Origin: Felis catus
Taxonomy: Eukaryota
DNA: 64,000 nucleotides
NCBI RefSeq assembly: GCF_018350175.1
Contig: NC_058368.1
Location: forward strand, 162,194,001-162,258,000
Reading direction: 5' to 3'
Shown here: positions 25,880 to 38,485 of the stretch, in pieces
Position numbering within the stretch: the first letter of the stretch is position 1
Layout of the letters: each line of letters opens with the position of its first letter
Program-made: the position numbers and the translations under genes
Notes under the pieces: model-generated
The model's input: only the letters and a program-made list of their open reading frames with translations
Told to the model about the DNA's origin: nothing
The model's database searches: none

Positions 25880-27340
25880 ATGCATTCATTCATTCACTCA
25901 TTCACTCATCTCATTTTATTTAATTTACGAAATATCTATTGGTCATCTAACTATGTATTTTATACACTGCCAGACACTGGGGGTTCAAAAACATACTTAA
26001 TCTTTACCATCATAGATTGGTATGAAAGAAATTAACCAAACACATACTTTAAAATGTGAAAACCGCTAAAAAGGAAAAAGTGTGAGACTTATGAAATCTT
26101 ACGGTGTATACTGGTTTACCCTACAGATAACACCAGAGAAGGCATCACAAAGAATATGGAAGAGTTGAAGCTCTCTGAAAAATACGATTTTAGGTAAGTT
26201 CAAAGAAAGAAGTGATTGTTATAGTCGGGGAGAAGATCATATGTAAAGATGCAATTTCAGGAGGAAGGTCATCCATTCCAGGAAGAAAAAAAGAAATGTG
26301 GTGAACAAGTAGAAATACGATATCAAAGGAAGGGCGAGACATAAGCAAGGGTCAGATTAGTGAGGAATCACATGTCCTGTTAAGGGTTTCAGTTTACAAT
26401 CTCAAAATGAAATTCACTGAGTGTTTTAATTTATAGAAGTATACTCAAGTTGAGATTTAAATAGTCATAGTCATGATTCTAGCTTTATTCATGAAGGCTG
26501 GAAATTAAAATGAAAGAAGTGCATAGAAAATTATCATTTATGTGTCTAGGTCATAGTTTAAGGGATGATGCTTTAGATAATAGTAAATATAGCAGATTTT
26601 TTTTCAAGAAATTGGTTGGACTCCTGGCTATTCAGGAGGTAAAAAATATGTATAGAGATTACTCATTAGTTGGATGATGATGCGTGATGGAAGAAAGATC
26701 ATATTAAGCAAGCCTAGTATCTATCTGATTTGAAACATATAATAAAAATGATAAAAACAAAATAAAAATTGGCATGGGGAGAAACTGAATAAGGAAAAAG
26801 TCTGTTTCATCCAATGTTGTATTTCAGATGGCTTTTAAATACCCAAGTGGGTAACTTCAATTGAATAAATGTTTAGAGATAAAGATATGTGACAAGACAT
26901 GAGTCACATAGATGCTTATAGATGGTAATTTTAACAATGAACATGAGATTTCTCAGTGAACATATAGGTAATAAGAAGAGAAAGGTGATAGGGTGAAACC
27001 ATGAGACTCTTCATCCTTTGAAGACTTGAAGATAAGAGAATGCTCCAGGAAAACAAATGAGAAAAGGACAAAGAAATAAATGTTAAGAAGAAACCAGTAA
27101 AGTGAAGTGCTGGAAATTAAGGAGAGCTCAAAGTCTGTGTAGATGTCATCTATATTTAGATGGACTAAAACCTACTAAAGAATTTCAGGGCATAGAGTCA
27201 ACCAATGACCATCTCAGAAGCCATTCGGTAGACTGACAAGATTAGTCATATTAGAGTGTGTTTCACAGTTAAATGGACAATGGAGAAAAAAGAAACAGCA
27301 AGCATAACCAACTATTTTGAGAAGCCTGGCAGTAAAAATC
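25880..27340 (-). mobile_element. L2 LINE remnant
   Basis: (CATT)n tail at 25883 followed by a typical reverse L2 3' end and a purine-rich decayed body. Confidence 0.65.
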
Positions 27341-27777
27341 AAAAGCCCAGGTGTAAATGTTATAGGTTAAAAAAATGGAGATAAAAGAGGATGGGTTCAG
27401 AGGTGGGAATCATTGAATATCTGGCAACTTCACCTGAAGGGGCATCCAGCTACTGGTTTCTATATTCTTTGGAAATAAAAACAAAAAAGTAATAAGGATC
27501 AGGAGGTATAAGATGGTGGTTAAATAGATGGAAATATGAGGAAAATGGAAATAGTCTTATTGAAACAAAGAGAAAGAACCCAAAAAAGCCTGTCACTGTC
27601 TATGCCATATTTTTGAAATTAATATAATAAGAGTTCTTGGATAGATCCTAGTTATAAACTGGTCTTAGTTACTTTTGCTTTTTATTCATGTGTGTTTTAA
27701 CTTTATTTAATTTACACAACTAGTATGATTTTTCAAGCAGGAGATAAAAATTGAAATACTCCTTAAAAGACATATAT

Positions 27778-28056
27778 ATGTTAAGTAAAATAAGTCATAC
27801 AGAGAAAGACAGATACCATATGTTTTCACTCTTATGTGGATCCTGAGAAACTTAACAGAAGTCTATGGGGGAGGGGAAGAAAAAAAAAAGAGGTTAGAGA
27901 GGGAGAGAGCCAAAACATGAGACTCTTAAAGACTGAGAACAAACAGGGTTGATGGGGGGTGGGAGATGGGTATTGAGGAGGGCACCTTTTGAGATGAGCA
28001 CTGGGTATTGTATGAAAACCAATTTGACAATAAATTTCATATAAAAAAAGTAAAAA
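27778..28056 (+). mobile_element. Short 5'-truncated felid L1 3' end
   Basis: Inverse match to 16440-16725; TSD-like agacatatat / agacgtatat. Confidence 0.95.
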
Positions 28057-28319
28057 GTAGACGTATATTTTTACTTTAGATATATCATAACTGACCCTTT
28101 TCTGTACAAATGTACATACTTAATTTATGTACAAATGTACATAATGTATATACTTTATGTACAATTTATGTACAAATGTATATACTTAAAGAGAAATATA
28201 ATTCGTCTCTATTAGAAATGCATCCATTCAATTGCAAACAATAGAAAGACTAACAGCAACAAACATATAAGGCTTTATTTTTTCTCACACAAAATTTTGG
28301 AAAAACAGGAGAAAATAAT

Positions 28320-29012
28320 CAGAATGCTGCTATTTTTTTTTAAATCTAGGTCTTATGCAGTTAAGACATTCATTCTAATATTTTGTTAAAAATAAATTCT
28401 TCAAAATTAATTTTAGAGGAGTAGAACTAAACGTTATGCATTTCAGATAAAATATATAATCCATCAAGAAAAATATAAATTTTAAAGCATGAAATTGTTA
28501 AACATTTATTAACATTCTAATGTAAATTATTAGCTGCTATATTAGTTCTACTGCTTCCGTAGATGCCTGTCCCACTGTCAAGGAAACTCTCATGCCTGTC
28601 ACCTTTAATGTAGTTTGCTGAGATTTCAGTATTTTCTTTTTATCTGTAACTCTTTTGAGGTAGTACTTGCAAAGTCACCATCTCCAGCAGCTCTTCCAAT
28701 CTTTGCAATTGTATTAAGTCACAGCAGCTTTCCCCAGCGTACAATCCCTTTCCCTAGTGGAGAGCTTATTACTGTTCGTGGATATCCCCTGAGTCCATGA
28801 TGACTCTCCATAGGGGAACAGAAATGGAAGGAGGCAGAGGACGTGATGGAGGTCAGGGGTAAAACAATTTATGGAGGCCTATGGTGAGATATCAGAGATA
28901 AGTGGAAAGGTGGGAGATTGAAGAAGAGGAGGGGAAGAAAAGACTGGGGGCGGGGGAAGCAGAAAAACGCACAAAGCTCTTGCCCAGTGGTTCAAGTAGT
29001 AGTGCACCAACA
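28320..29012 (-). mobile_element. Possible hAT-Tip100 (Arthur1/MER69-like) DNA transposon remnant
   Basis: Terminal motif cttgcccagtggttcaagtagtagtgcacc resembles the remembered Arthur1 end; flanked by MLT1-like pieces. Confidence 0.35.
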
Positions 29013-30469
29013 AGTACAAGTGTTTTGATGAAAAAATAATGAATTCATAATAACAAAAAATATTTGAATACTGGATGCTATGCACCAGTGTTGTAATAAC
29101 TCCACACAAAGTCTTGAGATCAACTGTTGCTACTGTTGCTGAGGCTGGGTGATGCCACGGCTGGAACTCACTGTACGGAGATGACTGGAGCTTCAGCCAT
29201 AATATCTGCGTTCATGGCAGGCGGAATGACATAAAGGAAGCTTTCAGGTGCATTATGGAGAAATAAAGTTGGAAGCAGTTAAGTCAATCACTGCAGAATG
29301 ACATTTGGCTTAACCATTATCACCAGCCAGGAGAGAAAGCAGTATACATTTTTCTTTTGGCAAATTTTCATTGGCCCACTGCAACTCAGCTCAATCTAAT
29401 ATTCTTTTGATTTGCAATAAGTTGTTTTCCAGTCAACATTTAAAAAATAATCATAGCAGGAAATAAAGTATTGTATTTACCCACATTGTTTCTATTTCCC
29501 TTTCTCTTACTTCCATCAGGTGGGTTCTTGTTACCTTCCATTGTGGGTTTCCTTTTACTAGAAGGATTTTTTTTTCTTTTAACATTACTCTCTTTCTTTG
29601 TTTTCCCTTTCTGGCATGCATAATATACAGATATTTGTATTTCAATTTATATTCTACAAATCACTTGAATTATTAAATTTTTCTTTTTCTTTATTTTTTC
29701 TTGATGTCTTCTGGGAGAATTCTGTGACCTAGTATTTGAACTCATTAAGGTGTAGTTTACCTGTAACAGTTCTGTTATAAATCTCATTCATAGAGTTCTT
29801 TAAACTATTTTTATGATTAATATTTCAAATTAGTTCTGTTAACAATTGTAAAATGATTGTCTTTGTTTATCCTTGCTCCATCCTATTGAAATTTATATTA
29901 TATATTTGAGAGTGTTGTCAATCTTACTTTGGCTTGCCTATTAATATTGCTTTATCTAGCACAGTTTTTCAGTTTGTTATATTTTATTTAGACCAGCATT
30001 CTACTCAAAACCTCATAGTTTTTCCTGGGAGCAAATTTTCTTCAGATAAATCAACTAGCTTAGGTAATGTTGTTCCAAGGTATGGGGTCAAAGACCTGGA
30101 ACCTCTTTAATTTAGGGAATGGATGATATAGGAACCACTACAAGGATGATGTCTCAAATTTATTCTAAATTTGTTCTGACTTTCCCTGTGACCACATCTA
30201 CCACTAGGTAACTCACCCCACATGAAACCAATATTTAAACAACATCACCTTGCCCTTTGGGTATGAGGGTGAAGAATAGGAACTTTTAGTTCTACCTGTA
30301 CTTGTTTTTATCCCCTCACCACACTTTTTCCCTCCCAGTCTTTGTGCTAGTGTCATACCTTTTATTTCCATATCCTAGAAGTACCAAAATATGTTGTATC
30401 ATTCTTGCTTAAAGAGTTATCTTTTAATGAGCTATATAGCTAATTAGCCTTCAAATAAAGTTAAATAGA

Positions 30470-31260
30470 ATCACTTCAACAAAGAAGATATACGGATTGC
30501 AAATAAGCACATGAAAACTGAGTTAATAGCATTACACAATAGATACTACTACATAATTACTAGAATTACTAGTATTTAGAAATTCTAGAAATAGAAATTC
30601 TAGAAATAGAAATAGTCTTCTAGAAATACTAGAATACCTGAAATTTAAAAGTCTGATCATACTAAGTGTTGGTAAGGATTTGGAGCAATTAGATTTCTCA
30701 TATTCCACTGGTGGAAATGTTAAATAATAAGATCACTGGAAAACTGTGTGGCAATTTCTTTAAAAGTTAAATATACACCTATCTTTTACCCCAGTCATTT
30801 TACTCCTGTATATTTGCCCAAGAGAAATAAAACCCTATGTTTGTACCAGCACTTGTATATATATAAATATTGGTAGTGTTTTTAATCATAAAAACTGCAA
30901 ACATTCCATATGTCACTAACAGATGAATGAACGAGCAAACTGCACCAGCTATACAACAGGGTACTCAGCAGTTAGGAGGAATTACATATTAATACATGTA
31001 ACAACATGGATGCATCTCAGAATAGTAATGCTGAATGGAAAAAGGCAGACATAAAATAGTATATAGTTTCTGATTGTATTTATATAAATCTCTAGAAAAT
31101 GCCCACAGATATATAAAGACAGAAGAAAGGCATGTGGTTGTTTAGGGATAGAGCAGGCAGGACTCTGCAGGAGGGAGAGTTTATAAAAGGGAATGATGAA
31201 ATTTTCAGGGGTAATGAATATATGCATTATGTTGATTGCGTTGAGATATATAGAGACATG
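30470..31260 (+). mobile_element. Old L1 (L1ME-like) 3' end
   Basis: aaagaagatatacggattgcaaataagcacatgaaaa; aacaacatggatgcatctcag. Confidence 0.8.
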
Positions 31261-31329
31261 AATACATATCTCACCCTGCCTCCTCAGGGAGAGGGAGGTG
31301 GCAAAGTGAATGAAATAGGCGAAAGGAGT

Positions 31330-31655
31330 CCAAATAAGAAAGAGCTTGCTATATGGTCAGCCACCGCCACTTGCTTTTGGCAGACTCAGAGGCAAGCAGG
31401 AGAGCGGGAAGGAAAGCTTGAGTAGAGAAGAGAAGCCTGGAGGTGCCCTCTCTGGAGGCTGTTGTCATGGGGAAGCTGTGGGTAGGAAAACTAGACGCTG
31501 GGGTCTTGCCATGTGATGGCTGAGGGCTAGATATTTGGTTCTCTCTGGTTGGTCCTAAGTTGGAAGCAAGACAAAAATTAGGGAAGCTGTTAATTATTAA
31601 TCAAGTCTTGCCCTTTAGGGCTGATTGCTGTAGGAATTGTTTGACTTGATGGACA
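31330..31655. mobile_element. Probable ERV LTR fragment
   Basis: GC-richer block with LTR-like phrases (tctctggttggtcctaagttggaagc, attagggaagctg); family not identified. Confidence 0.4.
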
Positions 31656-32789
31656 GAGAGAGGCAGAGATACTGTCAGAGACAGAGAATATGAGAAAAAC
31701 TAGAGAGGGAGAGATAGCTAATAGCTCATTTTACTTTTCTAGTCTGGTATTACAGTTCAAAACGTTTTTTATCATATATAATCCTACTCAAAATACTCTT
31801 TTTTAAACTAGAAAATTCATTAAAATGCCTATTTCCTAACATTCTTCCACGTGGTTTTTAAACTTCAGGCTCTTTTAGCTTCTAACCTCAAAATGGCATT
31901 TGAATTTCTGACAGTGGTTCTGAACACATCAGTTTGCCCTGTTTTTTTCTCTTTGTTAGAAACACTATTTCATTCCTATGGGATGTTGAAAGATATATAA
32001 GGAAGTTAGTGCGTACTTTTATGGGACTTTATAAAAATTTATGGTGTCTAAATTTAAATAAAATAAAAATAGCGACAAAAAACTGTGTTTTTGAGACAAA
32101 GATTAGAGGCAGTAGAGGTGAAAGTTTGATAAGAGCAGTAGTCCCACAGTATCTGTATTAGGCAGTTAGGGATGGGTGGGAGCCATGTGGGAGAGAGACT
32201 GGATATTCAGAGTATTTCAAAGAATTTCTCAGCTTTCAAGGTCATCATTAACATGCAGAGAAGGAAAGCACTTGAAGGATTTAAGTAATAGAATGAGATA
32301 AGGCGAAATTCGGTGGTTCCAGGGAGCCAAACCTTTATTAAAAAAAAAAAAAAGTCATTTTTTTTCTGATTTCTGTCCTTTAGAAGAAAAAAATGAGGTG
32401 AATAATACTGAAAATTGTACTCACCTAAAATATGAATAAAGAGTAGTTAAAAACTCCTGATTTTCAAATATTTATGAATTTTAACATAAGTTTTCTTCTA
32501 TGATTTAAAAATGTATATTCTTCAATTATTTATTACTTAAACAAGTGAACTATTAAAACAATATGTCCCCCAACTTAGCACAAACCTTTGATTTTAAGTG
32601 AAAAATTAAGAACTATTGATTGACTAGAACAACAAAAGGCCATATCTTTTCAATAAACATACAAATGGCATTTCTATAGAGGGAGATGCTTTCAAAAATC
32701 TGTATTTGGACTTTCAATGGCAAACAGTTCAGTGGCAGTGAGGGAGACCAGAGCAATAAATAACTCTGGCTTTAAAATCAGACACACCT

Positions 32790-32905
32790 GGGGTGATTGG
32801 GTGACTCAGTTGGTTTAGCATCTGATTTAGCCTCAAGTTATGATCCCAGGGTCATGGGATCAAACCCCGCATAGGGCTCTGAGCTGAGCATGGAGCCTGC
32901 TTAAG

Positions 32906-32988
<83 letters not shown>

Positions 32989-33061
32989 GCTCCTCTCCCC
33001 TTTTTGTGCTTTTTCTAAAATTAAAAAAGAAAGGAAGGAAGAAAAAAATTAAAAATTAAAA
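32790..33061 (+). mobile_element. CanSINE inserted into a MIR, with long (CT)n
   Basis: TSD aaaatcagacacacctg; MIR-like sequence continues after the TSD. Confidence 0.94.
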
Positions 33062-33199
33062 AAAAATCAGACACACCTGTATTCAAATCTCAGCTCCACA
33101 ATCTGTCACCTGTGTGCTCATGAAAGCCTTCTTCGAACTAGGGTCTTGTATTCATCCGCAAAATGTGATAATAAGGGCAATCATATCATTTCAATAGGG

Positions 33200-33390
33200 G
33201 CATTTATAAAGGGCTTACTAGGTGTTAGACTTCTTAAGTATTTCATATTAATTATGACCTTTTATTCTTATGGCAGTCCTATGAGTTACGTACTATATTA
33301 TCATCATTTCAATTTTATGGACAAGGATATGAAGTCACAGAAAGGTAAAGTGAATCGCCCCAAGAATCCCACAGCTGGTGAGTAGTTTGC
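33200..33390 (-). mobile_element. MIR
   Basis: aattttatggacaaggatatgaagtcacagaaaggtaaagtgaatcgccccaag. Confidence 0.65.
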
Positions 33391-33925
33391 TTCCCTCATC
33401 TGTGCTTGTCTTGCTTTTAAGAGGATTACAGGAGATAATGCTTGTGTGATGCTTTCCATAATTTACCAAATATGCACTTGGAAAAAAGTCATATTATTGG
33501 TTAATATGGAAGTAAAATCTTCTACATCAGATGAGCTTCTATCACTGTTCATTAACCATTTTACTGAAAGAGACCATTAGCTCTGGGCCCTTTATTTGCC
33601 AATTTAATTGTCTTGGACTACCTGTCTAGAAAAACCACAAACCAAACACATTCACAAAGACATGTATCATTAAGCCTGGCCAAACCTACACGATCCAAAG
33701 AACCAGGTAACTGCCAATGGGTACTTTGCCTTGTATCAGTACTGTTGCTAATGTAATTTGGGAACTGCTTATGAACAAGTATGCTGAAAGAGCCAATAAG
33801 GATTTACAAGTAAGCTGTGCTATTTCTACCTCCTTTCTTTTTTGTAAATTCTAAAGAACACATTTTATTCTTTGGGAAATGTTTAAGTAAATCCTGTTAG
33901 GATTAAATCATGTTGTAAATTCAGT

Positions 33926-34125
33926 GGGGACACCTGGGTGGCTCAATCTGTTAAGCATCTCACTATTTCAGCTCAGGTCATGATCTCACTGTTGGTGAGT
34001 TCAAATCCGAAGTCTGGTTTTGTGCTGGCAGTGCAGAGCCTGCTTGGAATTCTCTCAATCCCTCTGTCTCTGCCCCTCCCCTGCTTGTGTTTTCTCTCTC
34101 TGTGTGTGTGTGTCTCTGGATAAAA
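33926..34125 (+). mobile_element. CanSINE
   Basis: SINE head and body. Confidence 0.9.
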
Positions 34126-35180
34126 TAATTACCACAGATTCTAAGGTGGAATTGAAAAACTTTTCAAATAATATTTGCCATTGTACCTTCCAATTAAATA
34201 ATGAGTACCTTTGGAAAGTATTACCCATCAGATGAAAACAAGACCCAACCTAAGATGTAAAAATAAATCAGTACTGGGAGCAAAGATGCATTTAAAGTAA
34301 ATAAAAACACAATCAGTAATATTCGACTACTAATAGCCCCTGCTTCTTATATACCACTTTTCATTCTGGTGAGAAAAAGTGTTTTTTTTTTAAGTTTTAT
34401 TTTCTAAACTACTTTATAAGAACTAGAAAACCCACAACAATTTCAAAAGACATAGAGCAATAGCTTCTGTCTAGTCCTCAGTCTTCCCTCAGCCTCCTCT
34501 AAGTATGTCTGCTGAGACCAGGTGAAAAGAACATTTGAGAATAAAATGAGAAGGTGGACATGGCAACAAAGTTGACAACTTATTTTCTGGGATTTAAGAA
34601 CAATAAATTTTGTCAATTAATACCCGGTAAAAGAAAAGAAGAAAAATAATGTTCAGTGATTCAGAAAAGCATGTGCTTAATTCACTCTTTTGCATAAACA
34701 CAGCAAGGTAGATAAATATAAAACCCAGAGTTAACGTAGGTGTATATAAAACAGAGTTGCCTGTTGAAAGACCAAGTAAGCTTGGCTTTTATCAGTGACT
34801 AAAAACAATAAAATAGAGGCTTGTGAACACTGGTTATAGGAAAACTCTCACTCTGAGAAAAGATTGATAATTTGCCATAAAGTCAGAGCAAAAATAATAA
34901 TCCCATGCCAATAATGAAAAAATAAATCATCCAAGTTTAGAAAAAGACTGCAAGACTTTGATAGCAATAAGAAGATGAAGCACAAAGATGAGTCTATCAA
35001 TTGAGGGGGAAAAACGTGATCAGGGCCTTTTGTTTTTGTGTTTTGTTTTATTGTTGTTTTTCATCTAGACTAACTGGATATGGAAGCATGTCTCCAACTT
35101 TGGCTACATAGCAAATATGCTTTCACATGCTCGGATAACAAAAAGGTAGATTCTAATATGACACATATTAGTGGAATCTA

Positions 35181-35476
35181 CAGTGGCATCTCCATGGAGG
35201 TCGCATACCGCATTCATGTGTCCTTTCTTGGCACCCGAGAGCTGCCCAAGCACCAGAGCCAGGTTTTGCAATTACTCCTGGCTTCCGCCTTGGCTACAAT
35301 TTCAATTATAGCTGTTAATCATGGCTAATTGAGAGCACAGCAAAAAATCTGTCACTTGTAGAGAGGAAGTAGTGTTTTAAATTCCTATAAACAAAGCTCT
35401 TGCTAAAAGCTTGGATAGAGGGAGCAGAAATGGGGAAGGAGGCGGTATTGGCCATGACCATGAGGATGCTAAACTA
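35181..35476. other. Inverted-repeat-bounded, hairpin-rich element (candidate ancient DNA-type repeat / conserved non-coding element)
   Basis: Imperfect ~30-bp terminal inverted repeats sharing gcatc, catgg and ataccgc; internal stem-loop at ~35245-35295; several retained CpGs. Confidence 0.5.
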
Positions 35477-35857
35477 TCACAAGTGTTTTTAATTAAACTG
35501 GAATGGCTAGGTAGAGTAAGATTTAAAAAGAAAGACTGGCTGTTTGCCCCATAAAGGCATCAGAATCTCCTGGCAGATGCCAGGATAATTTCTGGTATAG
35601 ACACCTCCAGAAAGCTGTTGCCAAGGCTCCAGAAAACTTCCCACTGCATTAGCCTTTGGATCCAGTGTCTGCTGTCCACTCCCAGACACCATCTCAGATC
35701 TTAGGACTCATCTCTATTATGCTGGCTCTTTGCCCAGGCCCAGATACTGACTTGTGTATAAATTTCCAGGTCTGTGACACTGACCAGCAACCCTTAGCCA
35801 GCAGAAGCATGAAAGGGCTCAGCAGAACCAAATCCAGAGATCCTAAATAGCACAGGT

Positions 35858-36058
35858 ATTTTTTTTTAAGTTATTTCATCTATTTTGAGATGGACAGAGA
35901 CAGCATGATTGGGAAAGGAGCAGAGAGAGAGGGAGACAGAGAATCCCAAGCAGGCTCCTCACAGAACTCGACACAGATCTCCATGTCATGAACCATGAGA
36001 TCATGATTTGAGCTAAAACCAAGAGTCAGGCTCAACTGACTGAGCCACTCAGGTGTCT
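35858..36058 (-). mobile_element. CanSINE
   Basis: Reverse SINE. Confidence 0.9.
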
Positions 36059-37121
36059 CTCACCCTAATTTTAAAGCTGCATAAATCTGCCTAGCACTAG
36101 CTGTTACATTATTATTATAACACTGATTGTTATACTACTTTATATCTTACATAGCATTTACCACCTACTTTATATAATCTTTATAACAACCCTATAAGCA
36201 ATGTATTGTCAAAAAGGTTATTTTGCAAATAAGCAGAAAAGTTACAACATCTTGCACATGACCACAAAGTTAGTGAGTACCAGGACAGTGACTGAAACTC
36301 TGACCCTGATTCCATATTGCATATTGCTTCTACAGAAATACTGCTGTTTGGCCGTGAAATCTCAACAGAAATGTAAACACATGCTGAGTCAGAACAAGGC
36401 TAAAGTCATAAAAATAAAACAAACAAGTAAAATACTTTTAAAACACCAAAGGATCCATTTTAATATTGATTTTACAATGGCTTTTTGTATTTTCTCAACA
36501 TTTTATCTTCCAACATCTTTTCATCCTGGATCCAGTAGCCTCTTTGATAGTGATAGTATTGCAGGAAGCTTTCACTTTCTGCCCGGTCTTCCCTGTCCTG
36601 AGTTCTATCCCCAATAGATCCTTGGTCACCTTTATCTGCCTTATGAACCTTATCTGTTCAGTCGGTCTTCTTCCATCTTCTGATTCAATTTATACCCTAC
36701 ACTGGCTTGTATCTAGAGCTATATGCAGATACAGAACAGGAGTGTTTCCTCTGGATATATTGGGATTGTTGGTAGCCATAGCCTAAACACTCCTCGTCAA
36801 CATTTCAGCATTAGTGGGACAATGGCAGGAGGCTGCTAGCAGAATTCCTTCCTTCTACCTTTTAGAAATACTCTCAACATCATCCTTATGCCAGCTCATC
36901 CCTTTCCATTACCCAGGTATTAGTGAAGATATGAATAGGGAGAAATCCCATCCCATCTAGGACAAGGGCCTTTTCTAGTACCAGTATCCCTGCTTCTCTC
37001 TCCCGAGAAGACATGCTTCAAGAAAAAGGACTTTACTTTCCTGTGCTGAATTTTTCAGGTTTTATTGAGAAGAAATGAGTGCCATTTGTTGAAATGTAGT
37101 TTTACAAGTAAAGGCAAAGGA

Positions 37122-37339
37122 GGGGCACTAGGGTGGCTCAGTTGCTTACCCATCCAAGTCTTGATTTGGGCTCAGGTCATGATCTCACAGTTGTGAGATC
37201 AAACCCCGCATTGGGCTCTGCACTGGGTGTGGAGCCTGCTTAAGATTCTGTCTCCCTCTTCCCCTCCCCTGCTCATGTTTTCTCACTTTCTCTCCACAAA
37301 ACAAAACAAAACAAAATAACAAAAACAACAAAAAAAAAC
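37122..37339 (+). mobile_element. CanSINE
   Basis: TSD aagtaaaggcaaagga / aagtagaggcaaagga. Confidence 0.94.
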
Positions 37340-38249
37340 AAGTAGAGGCAAAGGATACATATATCACAGAGTAATGTTAGTTTTTATATCAAATAACAAG
37401 GGGAATTTCAGCAGTGAGAATAACTACTAACTTAAATATGTAGAAGAGAGACTAAGGCCAACTCGTGTTCTGGGTAGACTAGAAACGTTATAGTCCCTTA
37501 TATATCATGGCAAGAGATGACTAGGGAAATAGAGTTTTTGAAAAGAAAGCAATTGGACTCTAATTTTGAGAATGTGATTTGAGTGCATGCAGTATTAAGT
37601 AAACTGACGCTTTCTGTCTAGAGTGCAAAAGCATCTTAAAGGCCTTTGCTGTTTTCACCCATCTGATATCTTTATTTATGGCGTCATTCAGCGATCTCAC
37701 AAGTTTCTTTAGTTTCTTACATATTCTAGTAAAAGAGTATTAGGTCTCCATGTTAGAACTGGATTCCTGTTGCTATTTCTACCCAATTACTCTAATCTTA
37801 TGAAAATATATTTAAGGATGACACAAGTAGCTATACCAGTGAATTTAGCTTTAAAGACAGTAATTTCTTCCATTTACCAGAGCACCATTTAATTGATTGT
37901 TTGAAGTACGAGGAAACCAGGAAGAAGGCAGAGGAAACCTAGACTTCAATAATTTTGTTCTGTTGTCCTGTTTATCCCCTACCAAAAATCAAGTAGGAAT
38001 CTAGGTCTCCTCCTGTATCTCTCTCTCCTACAGAACACACACCACTTTAAAGAAGACACACTAAAGCTTACCTCTTGGTGCAGCATTGTGACCAGGGTGC
38101 GTGAATGCCATCTGTTCCCTTTCTCCTTCCTATGCCCATTGACATTTAGTGAATTCCTAAAAGAAATGTTCTGCTGTCTATAAATAATAACCCTGGTATT
38201 CACCTATGGCAAGTTAATTGTGATCCCCACAATAAGTTCATCATAATCG

Positions 38250-38485
38250 CAAAAGAACACTGATTATATAGCAGGCATTCTTTTAAGCATTTTATGTATA
38301 TTATGACATTTAATCTTCACAATAACCTGTGAAGTTGTTACTAAGGTGCCAGACATTATCCCCATTTCACAATTGAGAAAAATGAGGCAAAGAGAATTTA
38401 AGTAATTTCCCTAAGGTCTCACAACTTTCCTACAGTCTTCAGGCAGTCCAGTCTCTGCAGCAATGGTTTTGACCGTTACGCTGAA
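38250..38485 (-). mobile_element. MIR
   Basis: attatccccatttcacaattgagaaaaatgaggcaaagagaatttaagtaatttccctaaggtc. Confidence 0.8.

Noticed and set aside
28797..28803. C-box ATGATGA of a C/D snoRNA
   Set aside because: No suitably placed CTGA D box with a terminal stem.
35069..35145. Plus-strand 77-nt exon (TNWIWKHVSNFGYIANMLSHARITK)
   Set aside because: The acceptor is plausible, but the donor AAG|gtagat is weak, the peptide is unrecognised and there are no partner exons.
35165..35301. H/ACA snoRNA (hairpin followed by ACA at 35296-35298)
   Set aside because: No ANANNA H box at the hinge, no convincing 5' hairpin, and no family recognised.
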